Both the position numbers and the translations under genes were made by a program. A DNA stretch of 64,000 bases from Basidiobolus meristosporus CBS 931.73. Its lineage: Eukaryota > Fungi > Basidiobolomycota. The DNA lies in NCBI GenBank assembly GCA_002104905.1, contig MCFE01000150.1, positions 62,001 through 126,000 on the forward strand, read 5' to 3'. Shown here piece by piece: positions 62,251-64,000 of the stretch. The notes under the pieces were generated by a model, which was not told where the DNA came from, searched no databases, and saw nothing but the letters and a program-made list of their open reading frames with translations. Within the stretch, counting starts at the first letter, position 1, and every line of letters starts with the position of its first letter.

Positions 62251-64000
62251 ACCCAATAGACCCTTCCATGGTGTTTCCCGATATTCTCCACGAATCACGA
62301 GGACTCAAAATTACATGACTCACCTAAATATCAGGAATATTCGACCACCCCATAGCTAATCACAGGATACGAAACTTGAGCCACCCAGGATCAACCAACG
62401 AATGATCCTTCTAAACTCGCCGAAATCTTGCACTCCCCCATCTTCACTGCATTTAATCTTTCTCACAGCCAGCATTCATTGATTCTAACGCAAGGGAAAA
62501 GTAACCATGGTAAGATGGCCTTGAGCCCTAGTAACGGAGTACAGTGATTAGCGAAAGCAGTCGACGATGGCTATTCAATCGCCCCAGAGTAAGATTCAGT
62601 GGGTATCCGATACGATTCAGGTTTGGTTGATGATTGAGTCGTTGAGAAAATTACCCTGATCGTGCACCAGGACTGTTGACCTCATGCGAGTCAGCCTATA
62701 TTGAAATAAACAGGAGTTTAGCCAAGTAGGATAATATCCACCATACAGCGGTGCATTAATTGGTGCCGAAGCCGGATCCATATTACACAGCCATACAATC
62801 TCAAACAACTAGCAGTCTGCTATTTATTTACACGCTACATACTCCTATGCAAAACCACTTATTCTGGCCATAAATCGCCATCAATCAAGCCACGGAACAT
62901 AGGCCTACTCATGCCCTGTATGCTTCAGAACTTATCACGACCTGCAATATCGATAAACAGGCACAGAGCACCCGGCCAATCAGCGCCTGTGGTGCCAACC
63001 AAGCTTTCCTGAATCCCATCTCAAGCCTCAGTATTCTATGCGCTTCATCTCGAACTCTAGGCATACACCACCAAGCGGATCCGCCGCGGCCAATCGCCGT
63101 GGACGCTCGGTTTAGGAGGGGCAATCGTTTTCATTAATTGCATTTACACGCCGTCCATTTGGACCAGAAACATCGAAGCAACATCCCATTCAAGCCGTGG
63201 AATCGAAGGCCAACTAAGATTAAATTGGCCTTGCTGACCACCTATGATCTCATCCAAGCCCTTCGAACCCCCCCCCCCCTTCATGCGTCTAAAAACGGGC
63301 GGGGGATCACTATATTGATAGTACAAAGTCAGATGATGGATTATTCCTCGTGAAATATTCTCGACAATGAATCCGCCAGTTGAATCTGATCTGCTTTGAG
63401 ATGGATTTTCGCCCGTCAGCTAGATGAAATCAGAGGCATCGATCTAAATCCCATGTTATTCAAGGAACACCTCTTACTCAACTGGATGGGTCCCCAGACC
63501 TCTGGGAATATTTAATATCTTGTCGAAACATCATCCATTTTCGGCCAATCAGCGACCCCCAGTGGGGAGTGCTTTCAGTGGTGAAATTGAATTGTCGAGT
63601 TGCTGATCCAATCAAAATCCCCTGGAAATACTCGTGACTCCAGTGATTTCCACGATGGAGTAGATTTCCTATTCGTCTATTTCGAGCTCCCTTGAGATAA
63701 AGCCATCATTTATAAATACGTAAGATTTGCTTAATCAAGCTTGCTCAGGAGTCGACTTTATTTAAATCCGTACCGCTGGACCCCGTCTTTTGCTGCTTTT
63801 CCATAATTCAGTAGTCCAATATCTTGCCACTTGTTACCTGCCATTTCCTTTTCCCGTTGATCTAGTTAATTTTCGCCCTTTTTTTGTGATAATTCTGTAT
63901 TCTTTGGGTGGTTTTCATCGTCACAATATTCGCCTAGCAAACATCTCGGAGTAGTCTTCGTTCGTTTGCTTGTGTTGTGGTCACGTAGATACTATTGGGT

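Noticed and set aside
63267-63279. Poly-C run
   Set aside because: Isolated homopolymer with no supporting context
1-64000. CRISPR array, rRNA or prokaryotic defence system
   Set aside because: No regularly spaced short direct repeats or rRNA-like sequence; all long repeats are LTRs or element copies

Overview
Eukaryotic genomic window, almost certainly fungal (short GT-AG introns with CTAAC branch points, MetR/CYS-3/Zip1-type bZIP). Bases 1 to ~52,665 are a solid nest of LTR retrotransposons: at least five Ty3/Gypsy lineages (labelled A, B, C, H, J here), two Ty1/Copia lineages (F, G), solo LTRs (A, C, D, E, F-like) and a foldback insert. This block is almost devoid of CpG. The youngest insertion, Gypsy A (39245-46419), has one open 1617-aa gag-pol ORF. 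It sits inside chromovirus B (34281-47361), which sits inside the shared middle LTR of a Copia tandem. From ~52,670 the DNA is CpG-rich and carries an RPS2/uS5 pseudogene, a 10-exon RMD1/DUF155-family gene and a two-exon bZIP gene. The most novel-looking signal is a ~310-nt module (probable mini-intron plus a conserved base-paired domain). It is shared between the LTR of Gypsy A and the 5' leader of the unrelated chromovirus B. Family labels are mine; all alignments and counts were done by eye and should be recomputed.
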